Assembly (NCBI RefSeq): GCF_006345805.1
Contig: NC_043006.1
Coordinates: 1,116,001 to 1,180,000 of the forward strand
Direction of reading: 5' to 3'
DNA length: 64,000 bases
Source of the DNA: Octopus sinensis
Lineage: Eukaryota
Notes under the pieces: model-generated
Told to the model about the DNA's origin: nothing
Seen by the model: the letters and a program-made list of their open reading frames with translations, nothing else
The model's database searches: none
Position numbers and translations under genes: made by a program
Shown here: positions 23,601 through 37,431 of the stretch, piece after piece
Layout: each line of letters begins with the position of its first letter
Numbering within the stretch: position 1 is the stretch's first letter

Positions 23601-26139
23601 TTTGTTATTAATGATGGTACCTGTTAATGCCCTCTGTATTAACATCTTGATCCGCTTTCTGTACTCCTCAATCGCCAAAAGAGACGTATTGAGTTTCCAG
23701 TAGCCAGATCCCTGTCTATGCAACTTATCTACCGTCAGTTTACAGGTAACCATCTTGTGGTCACTGTAGCTGACTAGAAAAAACTGTGGACACTCAACTA
23801 TGGACTTATCTTTTTCTCTCTAATTAAAATCCTATCTAGATATGTTCTGGTAGACCCGTCACTATTTGACCACGTCCACTGTGGAGTGTTCGGGTGCTCC
23901 AACCTATATGGATCTGCTAGCTGAAATTGACTTAGCAGATCCCGAAAGCCTGGGTTACATTTTCTGTTCATGTTCGAGTTTGAGCCAACACAATCTGTGT
24001 GCGCTGCACATATTGTATTAGAGTCTCCTAACACTACTAGTGAATGCGACGTGGCTAGGAACTTTCCTAGGCCACGAAAATAGTCAGTTTGCGGGCCAAT
24101 AATGTTTGGTGCGTAAATAGCGACCAACCTTATTGTCTTGCCACAACTGAATGTCAAGTCGAGAACGACCAACCTGCCTTCTGGGTCAGAAAAAACCAAC
24201 TTTTTCTCGGCTACCCGGTTTCTTTTTAGTAGGACCAACACCCCACCCCCACCTTCCGCTCGATTCGGAGAAACTTATTTCTCGTAGCCGTTCAAGAGGG
24301 GGAGCAGATCTCTTGGCCCCTTCACCCGGGTTTCCGTTGCAACAATTACATCCAAATTTCTCGACCTGATGTCATTCAGAAAGCGTCCTTGCTTCCAGCT
24401 TGACAACAGGCCATGAACATTTAAACAACCAATGTGAATAGCCATCACTTACCTGTTTAATTAGGATTGTCCGGTGGAGGGGACCCTCCACCTTTTTTTG
24501 ATCCAGGGTCGGAGGTGGACGGTCTTGGGAAATAGATTTGTCAAAATCCCGTCTCACCACCGACACAGAATTATCAGGTGAGGGGGAACCTCCACCTTTT
24601 CCTTTTCTCGCGGGATCGGAGCTGGTAATCCATGAAATATCGACTTGTTAAAATCTAATCTCAATGAAGATACAGTCTTTCTGTACTTATTTTGTAGAAT
24701 TCTATAAGTCTTATTGAGACTTCATATATGTTGTAATTGATAAATTCCTCTGAAAGGTTATCAATTTTTTTTACAGTCTTTATGAGTTGAATGTCTCTCA
24801 TGAGCTCAGTATCTTTAGTGTATACGGCTATTATGCCTTTTTCTTCTTTTTCTCTTCTGGCAGTCTTTTTTGGTTGTTTCTGTAGTAGTCGCGCTCTCGG
24901 CTGGGTTGCTGGTTGTATTTTTCTTTTGTTTGTTGTTTTTTTCTCATCTGTTTCTTCTTTATCTTCTTCCTCTTTGTATTTTTTCTCCTGTTCCTCCTCT
25001 TCTTCATTTTCCTTGCAGTTCCTTCGAATGTGGCCTAATTGACCACATAAAATCATCGAGGTTTTCGGCCCTCAACAAACACCACGAGGTTCTCCTCCCC
25101 TACCTCAATTGTCTCAGGAATTGCTTGAATTATTTTAGGGTCCGCTTGAATGAGAAGATTAATTGTTTGACCATCCCAGCGTGGGTTTTCCGTAGCGGTA
25201 GCCTGGAGGAGAGTAATTTTTTCTACCTCTTTGATTAGGACTGCCGCCAACAACCACATAGGTTCGACCTCTGGCGGGACCCTTGTAATTTTTATTCGCG
25301 ACGTCCTCATCCCCATATAATAGGGTATTAACTCCACGTCGTTCGTTTTCAACGTTTCAACTGAGTTCTTGTGTGCTATTTCTTTATTGGTGAACCTTAC
25401 TTCCACCGTTCCGAATTTTTTTCCTCTTCTCAGAAATACTACGTCGCCCAATATTGGCTTTAAGCACTATTCTATTTTCTCTTCTGACATTCTTTCAATT
25501 TTTTTTTGTAGACAATATGTTTTGAAAATTATTGTTTTTTGCTTTTCTTCCTGTAATAACTTTTGCGGAGGTTCAATTTTCACACCTTTGTCAGTTATTT
25601 CCATCATTTTGCTGTATTTCATAATTTCGCTTTTATTCGTCGACAGTATCTGGGTTCCACCCCCAGCAGCCAACGCAAAACTTTTTTTTTCCATTTTTGG
25701 TTCTATCTGGATGCTAGGCACATCAATTATTCTCTTCGACACAAGGCCTTTGTTCTCTGGCAAAGTCGGAAACTCTTCTGGTGAAAGTTCTGACGAGCTC
25801 TCAGACACATCTCCAAAAATATCAAATATATTATCCTCTCTGCTATTCCTTCTTGTAGCGGGGGAACCCCTATTTCCTTGTCTGTAGTTGGCTCCTCGCC
25901 GGACATGTATTTCCTCCTCTCAACAGAGAAACAAGTATTTCTGCTCCAACGGTAGGCTCCATGCTAGACGACATTCTTCCCCCCAAAGGGGGAATGAACA
26001 ACGCGTGCTACCACAAGCACTAAGTGTTTTCAATTGAAAAACTCCAACAGTTAAGTTATTCAACAGTTTAACAAGAAACAACAGTTGTTAACAATATTAA
26101 CACCACGAAACAGCAATTCTTACTTCACGAACACATGTG
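23601..26139 (-). mobile_element. Tx1/L1-clade LINE, 5' portion (5' UTR, ORF1, APE endonuclease); RT lies beyond the gap
   Basis: ORF1 pieces: RRM-like FGTVEVRF..SRIKITRVPPE and CCHC-like CGQLGHIRRNC. ORF2 from ATG at 24445: MAIHIGCLNVHGL..ATET, GRLVVLDL, AIYAPN, VVLGDSN, WTWSN..YLDRILI, GYWKLNTSLL. Confidence 0.9.
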
Positions 26140-26207
26140 CGACAGACGAAATACGGTTACGCATTTCGCCCGGCGTGCTAAACTTTCTGCCAGCAGCTCG
26201 CCGCCTT
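26140..26207 (-). mobile_element. SINE family A head only (A-box region), abutting the Tx1 5' end
   Basis: rc: ggcggcgagctgctggcagaaagtttagcacgccgggcgaaatgcgtaaccgtatttcgtctgtcg, then an abrupt switch to unrelated sequence. Confidence 0.85.
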
Positions 26208-27408
26208 GATTGAATTGTATATATAGCATAGGCCAAATTCACAAAACAAAAATGCAGTTGGTGTAACAGTTAGAACCACTTTATTAAGCCCATATATCGT
26301 ATTATGCAGTCAGATTTCGTGGCCTTTTGTCCAACCTCTACATATATCTTTCTAGAAGAATTGTAAACCTGTTTTCATGCTAGAAATTAATATACACTGA
26401 TATAATAGCAAGACAGCTTTATTCCAATACATTCTGAGTTCGCATGCCGTTGATGTCAGATTTAACTTTTCATTTCTCTAATGAAAATAATAAGAATTAG
26501 TAATTACAGGCTCGGTTGATTATTCTCATTCACTATAAAATTTTGAACATGGACATTTTCGAAAATTTTAATTCTGCACCTTGTCAAAGAGGGAGGGACC
26601 TAGTAAAATCGTTCATCTCTACATAATTAATGAAAAACATCATTTTGTTGAAAATTAGGAATATTTTTCAGTAAGGTTCCTTACGAAAAAGTTAATTTGT
26701 AAATGAGCATAGTCTGTAATTTTTACTTGCTTTTGGAAAGGATGAAAGTCGAATCTTTTCATTTACCGTTTCTAAATAAATTAGGCTTCATACAAAGCAT
26801 TTAATGAAGTTTTCACTTTAGAAGCTCTCTATGGCAAAACGAGTTTCTTACAGGATATACTCTTCAATGAATTGAAACCAGAAAATTCGCTGCCGATTAT
26901 CAGTTAATATTTGGGGCTTTCTTAAACAGTTGTGTTTTTATCTTAGACACATACAAAATCACGCTCACACACTCACATACACAGACACTTACACACACAC
27001 ACACACGTATTTATATATATAGTGATAATTGTATAAGTATATTTATAAATATATGATCAAAACTATAAACAACGTTTGAATCAATATAAAATTGAATTAA
27101 TATTTTTAATTCTAGTTTTTACATATTTCAATTAAAATATTTTTATTTATATTTAGAATCCCAGCTTTGCTCCAAAACCCCGTTTCATACCTTACAGCTC
27201 TTAGTCAATATCGTCTTATGCATTCATACACATGAATTTAATCTTTAAGGTTAAATTCTTTTCTTTTTTTTCTTTCAATAAGTTTATAACAAAGAATATA
27301 TTGGCATGGAGACGATGATCACACAAAATATACCCAAAAAACTTTATTCTCAACTACGACATATCAGGTTGAAAATTTTTCATTATATTACACATAATAG
27401 AATGACAT

Positions 27409-28404
27409 TTCTTCTTCTTCTTCTTCTTCTTCTTCTTCTTCTTCTTCTTCTTCACATCATTACATTATTATAATTTCTGTTTATCACAGGTTTTGTTGGA
27501 GCTCTCGGAGTAGTGGGCATACTACCTGCAGCCTACGGTACCATGCTATCCGTTTTTTTCAGCTATCTAATACTTTCCTGATTATTCTGGCCGTGCCAAA
27601 GAGGCAACCCTTTTGTAACAGTTCTACTGGGCACTCTATTCCAATTTCCTTTATATTCCCCTTGATGACTTCTGATACTGTTCCCAAAGACGCAACAATA
27701 ATTGGCACTATCTTCACATTCTTCATTTTCCATAGCCGGAGCTATTTCGTACTTAAGAGGGCTGTATCGATCTATCATTTCGCTTTCTTCTTTTACTATT
27801 TGTTGGTCAAAGGGGTATGCAACTATATAGCATATGTGGTGCATCTTTTGCCCCACCGCTAGTTCCAGTCTGTTTATGCTCTAGCTCCTCATCTGTTTGG
27901 GTTGGGAAATCCCAGAGGGTTTTGCTAGTCTCCGACTCCGCCACTCTCTACAGTTTGTGCTAATACCACGTCATGTCTCTCTCTAGCCCCCCCCCCCCAC
28001 TTTTTGCACAATTTCCAATGTAGCTAACTGATCGTGTCGCTACAACTTGTAGTGGTTTGGGGCAAATCTAGGAATTCGTTCGTGATATGTGCAATGGTTT
28101 CATCCACTCTATTGCAGATGCGGCACAGCGGAGACACTTGCTCATTCCTAAGATTGACACTCCAGTTCGAGACCAAAGCTTGGTCTTGCGCTGCCAGTAT
28201 AATGCTTTCGGTCTCTTTTTTTAATGTTCCTTTCATCAGCCAATCCCACATATTTTTTACAGCAACTTCTGTTGTGGCTGCATGGAATGGATTCCGTAGT
28301 CCCTTCTTGCGAAATTCTTCTTCGCGTCCTTTCTGCACTTATTCCGTTGTTTTTCCTTTTATCTCTGCTTTCAGTCCTCCCTTGTTCCTAACTGTCACTA
28401 GCAA
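27409..28404 (-). mobile_element. 5'-truncated R4/Dong-type (RLE) non-LTR retrotransposon
   Basis: WLMKGTLKKETESIILAAQDQAL, CRICNRVDETIAHI, AYPFDQQIVKEESEMIDRYSPLKYEI (PD-D/ExK region), GTARIIRKVLDS*; 3' tail (GAA)n. Confidence 0.85.
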
Positions 28405-28588
28405 GTGACAGTTAGGAACGAGGTTGCATTACCTTCATTTCACCATAAGCCTTCTGTTCTGAAAAACTTTCCTCGTCTCATCACCATTATTGTTATCATT
28501 ATCATTATTATATTTTTATTATTATTATTGTTATTATTATTATTATTATTATTACTATTATTATCATTATTACTATTATTATTTTCAA

Positions 28589-28825
28589 GGCGGCCAGCTG
28601 ACAGAATCGTTAGCACCGCGGGGCGAAATGCTTAGCGGTATTTCGTCTGACGTTACGTTCTGAGTTCAAATTCTGCCGAGGTCGACTTTGCCTTTCATCC
28701 TTTCAGGGTCAATTAAATAAGCTCCAGTTACGCACTGGGGTCAATATAATCGACTTAACCCGTTTGTCTGTCCTTGTTTGTCCTCTCTGTGTTTAGCCCC
28801 TTGTGGCAAGTAAAGAAATAGGTAT
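28589..28825 (+). mobile_element. SINE family A monomer
   Basis: Full head, body and tail, ending aaagaaataggtat. Confidence 0.85.
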
Positions 28826-30204
28826 ACAACCACACCTGTGCACTTAGTTTGTTCGTTGTTCGATTGTAAAAAAGGAATGTGATTCAACACTGACATATTT
28901 GCCGTAATGACAATATTATTCAAAATATACGTAATGTAACGAAAAGCAATAACATGTCTTATGGTCCTCGATTCCGCTTTTGCTAAGTCGGATATTGTAT
29001 AACATGCTAATAATATTATCAATGAATTCTTCTTTGTAGTATATAAGTATTTTATGGCAGATTCTGCATAAGACATTGGTGACTAATATACAAGATTGGA
29101 TACATAAACATGGTTGCTTGCATTGATCAGGAAGAGGATGCTCATAGTAATAACGATGAAATTAATGATGCAGATGATAACGACGCAATGACGATGATGA
29201 TCGACTCTCTCTCTATAGCAACGACGGCGACTGCGACGTCAATGACAACGATTATCAATAATCTCAGTATTATTGCCGCTGTTGCTGTTGTTGCTGTTGT
29301 TGTTGTTGTTGTTATTGTTGTTGTTGTGATGCAAGTAGTGACTGTGACGATATTAAAGATAACTTTACGAGAAATCGATATTTGAACATTAGAAAATCAA
29401 CAAGGTAGACAGTGATAACGATATCGATAAAAGTCATTTGAAATTATTCTGTATTTACCTCTCCAAAAAGTAAGATGCTATCATCTCTATTATTTTATCA
29501 ATGAGGGTGAATTATCAATTCTTTAAAGTGCTTACAGGAATTACAGTGATACTCTCCTTCACACGTCCGAAAGATCAGAAATTACATAACAGCTTCTCTG
29601 GAAGAAATTCGTGATTCTAGAGGAAACTCGAGCGAGTTACGGGGGAGAAACGCTTCTCTTTCGTTGGGCTTTTGTTTATTTCTTTTATCAGTTTGCAAAT
29701 TTCTTTGTCATTATTCTCAGGGATTGTCAGACCTTTTCTGCTTAATATTGATTTTAAGGACGCTGTTATATAAACAATTAATCTTATGCAATAAATAATA
29801 TTGTATACAAGTCTAGTTTCTTCAATGGAGGAAATCGGGATGGTGAGCTGGTGAAGGGAGAGAACTGATAGAAGATGCTATTGTTTCATTCATTTTGATG
29901 TCTCTCAAACTACATCATCCCTTCACAAGGAAAAGGATACATTGATCAGTGTAATTAACCGGGGATGCACTGTGTGTAGAAGAAAAAAGGGATGGTAATG
30001 CATTAGATTGTGTGTCATTGGACCTAATGGTCTAACAGATATGTTTAATTAACGTTGGTCTGGGTCTAAAGAAACAGCAGCAATATTAATGATCAAGAAC
30101 CTGATAGGCGAAGATAACATAGTAAGATAGAAATGTCAGAACATTGTGAAAGAGATTGAGACATCGGTAAAAGTACGTCTCCACATGAAATAATAATCGG
30201 TGAT

Positions 30205-30455
30205 AAAGGCAGGGAAATGGCTGTATGGTTAAGTAGGTGGGTTTGCACTGTTTAGTTTCAAATTCAATCTTCGTGAGTGGCATTTTAAGCAAGCGTCTTC
30301 TATTGTGGTTACCGGCCGACCAATACCTTGTAAATAAATTTCGTAGACGGAAACTGTATGGAAGTCCGTAATGTGCATGTGTATGTGTGTGTATGTGCAT
30401 GTGTACACACGAACACACACACGTGTCGCAGTCCAGCGACTGAAACAAGTAAAGA
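30205..30455 (+). mobile_element. diverged CORE-like SINE
   Basis: tggctgtatggttaag, gttcaaattc-like box, ggccgaccaataccttg, tail cagtccagcgactgaaacaagtaaag. Confidence 0.6.
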
Positions 30456-30847
30456 AAGGATTAAATCATGCCAGTGTTATATATAATGGTAGCACAAGAC
30501 ATGTTATCACTTTCTTGAGTTATGACATTCTTGAGATTCGACACTCTTGAGATTGCAGAATGTAACAAAAGCTACGAATCGGCCAAGTCGTCATCTCGGT
30601 ATTTCTTTCAGCACTGCGAGTTCAAATAACGCTGAGGCTAGTTTTTTTGTTTTTTTCCCCCTTCAGAATTCAATGAATTACTCGTCAGTTACTTGGGTCA
30701 GTCCTTGTTTCTTCTCTCTCTTTCTCTTTCCTTATCCAAGTGCTATGTGGAACGTGACGAGAGGGCAAAGGCACTGACGCCCTACGAAATAGATACGTAT
30801 GCTCCAAGAGATGTCGGTTGATATTGTTGATAATTATGACGTCGACT

Positions 30848-30963
30848 GATGATGATGATGGTGATGGTGATGGTGGTGGTGGTGGCGGTGGCGGTGGTGG
30901 TGGTGGTGATGATGAGGATGATGATGGTGGTGGTGGTGGTGGTGGTGATGGTGATGGTGATGG

Positions 30964-30995
<32 letters not shown>

Positions 30996-31035
30996 GCGGT
31001 GGTGGTGATGGTGATGGTGATGGTGATGGTGAAGA
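30848..31035. repeat. (GAT)n/(GGT)n compound microsatellite
   Basis: Triplet runs. Confidence 0.9.
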
Positions 31036-32094
31036 CGATCTTGGTGCTGGTAGTTTTATGAAGACGAGGATAATGGTCATGACAAATGAAATACAGAGTT
31101 ATGTGTAACACAGCGATCGTAATTGATGATAGATTATGATTATAATGCGTTAATTAAATAACAATAACCACAGCAAGTTTTTTTTTTTTGCAACGATAAC
31201 ATTGATGTTGTCAATATTTCAAGAAGATAATTCAAGCAATAACGTATCCATCCATTCTTATTGCGCTTTTGCAGACCCGAGCCTGTACATCTGAGCGCTG
31301 CATTCTTTCGTCATCGGAGAACACTTCTTGCCTTGAGACAATATGCGCTTTTTTTACGCACGTGTAAAGGGACTTTGATACACCACGGTGTTTCGACCTC
31401 ATCGGGTGTCCCCTTGGCTAAAGTTACTCCGCCCGACCGATGACCCTAAAAGAGCACGGGTCTCTTTTTATAGCGATCGGCATACAAATTATTTACTGAT
31501 GTGTGCTGCTGTCTATCAGATTAGTAGTAATTCATTAATGTTATTTACTATACTACACAAGTCTAAGGACACCGACATTTTAAGAGATGTAATTAGAAAC
31601 AGTAACCATAGCAACGAGTTTATATCATACCGGTTGCGATAATGGACATTAATTAGCATTAGTCAGAAAATTAAAAACAATTTAAATTCAGCAATGTACA
31701 CTCACCGTTTACATCATTAACACCCTAAAAAGCTTCGATCTCATGATGAAAATTATTAGCACTGTGCCACGAAATGTTGTTGGCTGTTATTTCGCTACGT
31801 CTTTTTCTAATTTTTACAGAATCTTAATGAAAGTAACTTGTTAAGAAGAGAAATTGTTATATCGATTATTTACTGGTAACATCTATGGGCCCTTAACCTG
31901 GAAAACAATCCGATAGGGCGGCTTGTATTACAACGGTAGCAAATTACTCCAGTGTGGTTGTTCGAAAGTTAGAAACATGACAATATATTGATTTCAGTAA
32001 CGCTACGCGAGACAGAGAAGGAAAGGAGAGGAAGGAGCAAGAAAGAGAGAGAGGGGGAGAGGTGGAGAAGGAGAGAAAGAGGGAGAGAGGGAGA

Positions 32095-33680
<1,586 letters not shown>

Positions 33681-34649
33681 TTATTATTATTTTCAGTATT
33701 ATTAGGTATGTTATCTGTGCAATGTGTATTCTGATTCATTTAGGGAGGAGGCAATTCGAAGAGATAGTGGGCGTCACAATTTATACATTAAATAATAGAA
33801 AAGCTAATTTAATTTAGTATTTGTATTAATTATACGGCTGAAAGTATCAGTGCTAAAAAATTATTCCTAGTTACAAACACAGAGAATGCATAACGCATTT
33901 ATCTCTTCATCTTTCTTCTTGCCCCTTAATTTCAATAAATGTTTTCATGCCAACCACTGCTATTTTGGCTTATACTGTCGCCCATATAATGTGAGTGCGG
34001 TCGTCTACTGATTTTGCTCATGATGTATTCGTAATGCCAATCTAGCGATTTCAATGCTCCATGGTCAGTTTAATATTGCATTCCGTTTACTTTTGGTTGG
34101 TTGGTTGGAATCATATTCAGAAAGAATTAGAGATCTAGGTGATTGTCTTCATCAACAACATTTAATCCATATAAGTCTTTCTAGAAAAGCATGTGAAAAC
34201 TAGAACTTCACGTTTTACAGACTTAACACTTTTCCAAGTTATTACGAGACAAAACGAAATTATAACTGATGGTTGTGAACCGACTTTCCCCTTCTGTTCC
34301 GCTCAAAAAGGCAAGGATCCGAAACTTTGCAACTTTCAATCCACACATCAGTTGGACGAATCGAACGTTTCGTTGTCTCTTCTTGCATCTAAGCACTTGG
34401 CTAATTCGTTTTGTTTTTATCCTTAACCACGTTATCCTGGCCATGTCCTATTTGTGCCTATATTATCTGGTTTATTTATTTTGTTGATTTGTTAACTTTT
34501 CATGTCCGCTGAGTAAATCATTCTGTTCATTCTCTCATGAATAAATTCTTATTTAAATTAGATATTTTACATGAATGTAATATGATATTAAGGTGAGTGA
34601 GAGTAGATCAATGGATGAAGTAGAAGGACAATAGAAGAATAACGAAGAA

Positions 34650-35264
34650 GGCGGCGAGCTGGCAGAAACGTTAGCTCACCGGGCGAAATGCGTAACCGTA
34701 TTTCGTCTGCTGTTACGTTCTGAGTTCAAATTCCGCCGAGGTCGACTTTGCCTTTCATCCTTTCGCAGTCGATTAAATAAGTACCAGTTACGCACTGGGG
34801 GTCGATACAATCGACTTAATACCTATGTCTGTCCTTGTTTGTCTCTCCTTTTTTGTCCTCTCTGTGTTTAGCCCTTTGTGGGTAGTAAAGAAATAGGTAT
34901 TTCACCTGCCGTTACGTTCTGAGTTCAAATTCCGCCGAGGTCGACTTTGCCTTTCATCCTTTCGCAGTCGATTAAATAAGTACCAGTTACGCACTGGAGG
35001 TCGATACAATCGACTTAATCCGTTTGTCTGTCCTTGTTTGTCCTCTCAGTGTTTAGCCCTTTGTGGGTAGTAAAGAAATAGGTATTTTGTCTGCCATTAC
35101 GTTCTGAGTTCAAATTCCGCCGAGGTCAACTTTGCTTTTCATCCTTTCGGGTTCGATAAATTAAGTACCAGTTACGCACTGGTGTCGAAATAATCGACTT
35201 AATCCCTTTGTCTGTCTTTGTTTGTCCCCTCTATGTTTAGCCCCTTGTGGGCAATAAAGAAACA
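34650..35264 (+). mobile_element. SINE family A head-to-tail trimer with 15-bp TSD
   Basis: One full unit plus two headless units; TSD AGAAGAATAACGAAG at 34633-34647 and 35265-35279. Confidence 0.9.
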
Positions 35265-35756
35265 AGAAGAATAACGAAGTGTTTCATTTTGTGCACATTT
35301 TAACCCATTTCACATCGCCTCTACTCATCAACCGCTAAGTCTCTATCTAACTCAATATTGAATATTTTAAATAGCATCCAATATTATCCTGGATTAATTA
35401 ACTGTTACCCAGTTTAAAACCACCACATATCCATTGAATAAGTTAACCACGAATCATTCTGTTGTAATGATTCAAAATTGGGCCCCGATCGGAGAATAAC
35501 TTGGTCCCTTCTCTTCCTAGCACCAGTCTCGGAGACCCTAAAATATTAATGGACGTTCCTTCCTCCTCTCACTAAGTTACTAAATAGTTGACCTCTGAAA
35601 CGTCTGTTGTTTCTCTGTTTCTTATCGTACAATATCATCTTACATTTCCTTTTGATGAATTAATGTTATTACCTGGCTTCTAACAAGAGCAAACGCTTTA
35701 TGCTTCTGATCCTTTATTCAATATGATATAAATTTATTTGTATTCATATGTAAGCT

Positions 35757-36042
35757 TTCGATGATGATATCCAACAGCGCCGACATAGTCATGTATCTCG
35801 TATGTATAGTCTCAATAATGATATTTAACAGAGCTGTGTCATGGTCATGTGTACTATTACGTTTTCTCCCAATAATCATATATAATAGTACATCATATGG
35901 CCATGTGTACTTCTATGTGTACTATCAATGAGGATATCTAACAGTATCATCACGTGGTCGTACGTGTACTCCCAATAAGGATATCTAGCACCATCATATG
36001 GTCATAACTACTCGTATGTGTACTCTCAACAATGGCATCTAT
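35757..36042. repeat. diverged ~55-bp minisatellite, 5-6 units
   Basis: Recurrent aataatgatatYtaacag...catatggtcatgtgtact motifs. Confidence 0.6.
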
Positions 36043-36048
36043 AATATT

Positions 36049-36643
36049 CTTTTCTACTCTAGGCTCAAGGCCTGAAATTTTGGATGAAGGGTGCAGTCGA
36101 TTACATCGTCCCCGGAACGCAACTGGTACTTAATTTATCGAACCCGAATGGATGAAAGGCAAAGGCGACCTCAGTGGAATTTGAACTCAGAACGTAGCGG
36201 CAGACGAAATACCTATTTCTTTACTACCCACAAGGGGCTAAACACAGAGAGGACAAATAAGGAGAGAAAAACGGATTAAGTCGATTACATCGACCCCAGT
36301 GCGTAACTGGTACTTAATTTATCGACCCCGAAAGGATGAAAGGCAAAGGCGACCTCAGCGGAATTTGAACTCCGAATGTAAAGAGTAAAGACAGACGAAA
36401 TACCTATTTCTTTACTGCCCACAAGGGGTTAAACATAGAGGGGACAAACAAGGACAGACAAAGGGATTAAGTCGATTGTATCGACCCCAGTGCGTAACTG
36501 GTACTTGTTTAATCGACTGCGAAAGGATGAAAGGCAAAGTCGACCTCGGCGGAATTTGAACTAAGAACGTAACGGCAGACGAAATACCATAAAGCATTTC
36601 ACCCGTCGTGCTAACGATTCTGCCAGCTCGCCGCCCTTCTGAT
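36049..36643 (-). mobile_element. SINE family A trimer (3'-most unit has an alternative tail)
   Basis: Junctions cagacgaaatac|ctatttc at ~36212 and ~36403; probable 12-bp TSD atctataRtatt at 36037-36048 and 36644-36655. Confidence 0.85.
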
Positions 36644-37234
36644 ATCTATAGTATTGCTATCACAAAGGCCTGCGTACTCTTTTGTGTTTATTATCAATAA
36701 CGATATCCGACATCACGATTTATTTATGCTAACTGGTAGGTAGAATCAGTGAACTGAAATAAATTCTAATTGATTATTTAGAGTAGTCGTTTTTAACCTG
36801 GGGGTGTCAGTAATTTCCAGTGGAGGTGGTGGGGGGGTGAGCCCTTCAGAAAAAACAGGAATTTCTCTAATTATGTTTGTTATTCTCTTAACGAGGGCAT
36901 GGTCAAATAATGAGAAGTTTATGAAAAAATGCAAAAGTACCTCGCCTTATACCTTTAGTTTTCTTATTCTATCATAGTGCCACTTACCATTTTCTGTACT
37001 TAATGACCTCCCCCACCCGCTTCCTATCCCTCAAAGCCCTCACTAATTCTGATTTGTACCGTTAACATTTGCCTTTATTTTGTAATTTTTTTTTGTTACA
37101 AGACTCATCTTGAGATGCACCGGTACAAAGCTTCAATTTTTTTTTTTTCAGAACTTTTTACTCTAAGCGTTCTAACTTGGACCGTGACATTACCTTACGT
37201 TAAATCTATAGTACACTATTTCATAAAAATATAC

Positions 37235-37379
<145 letters not shown>

Positions 37380-37431
37380 TATATATATGTAATATATATA
37401 TATATACATACATATATACATATATATATAC

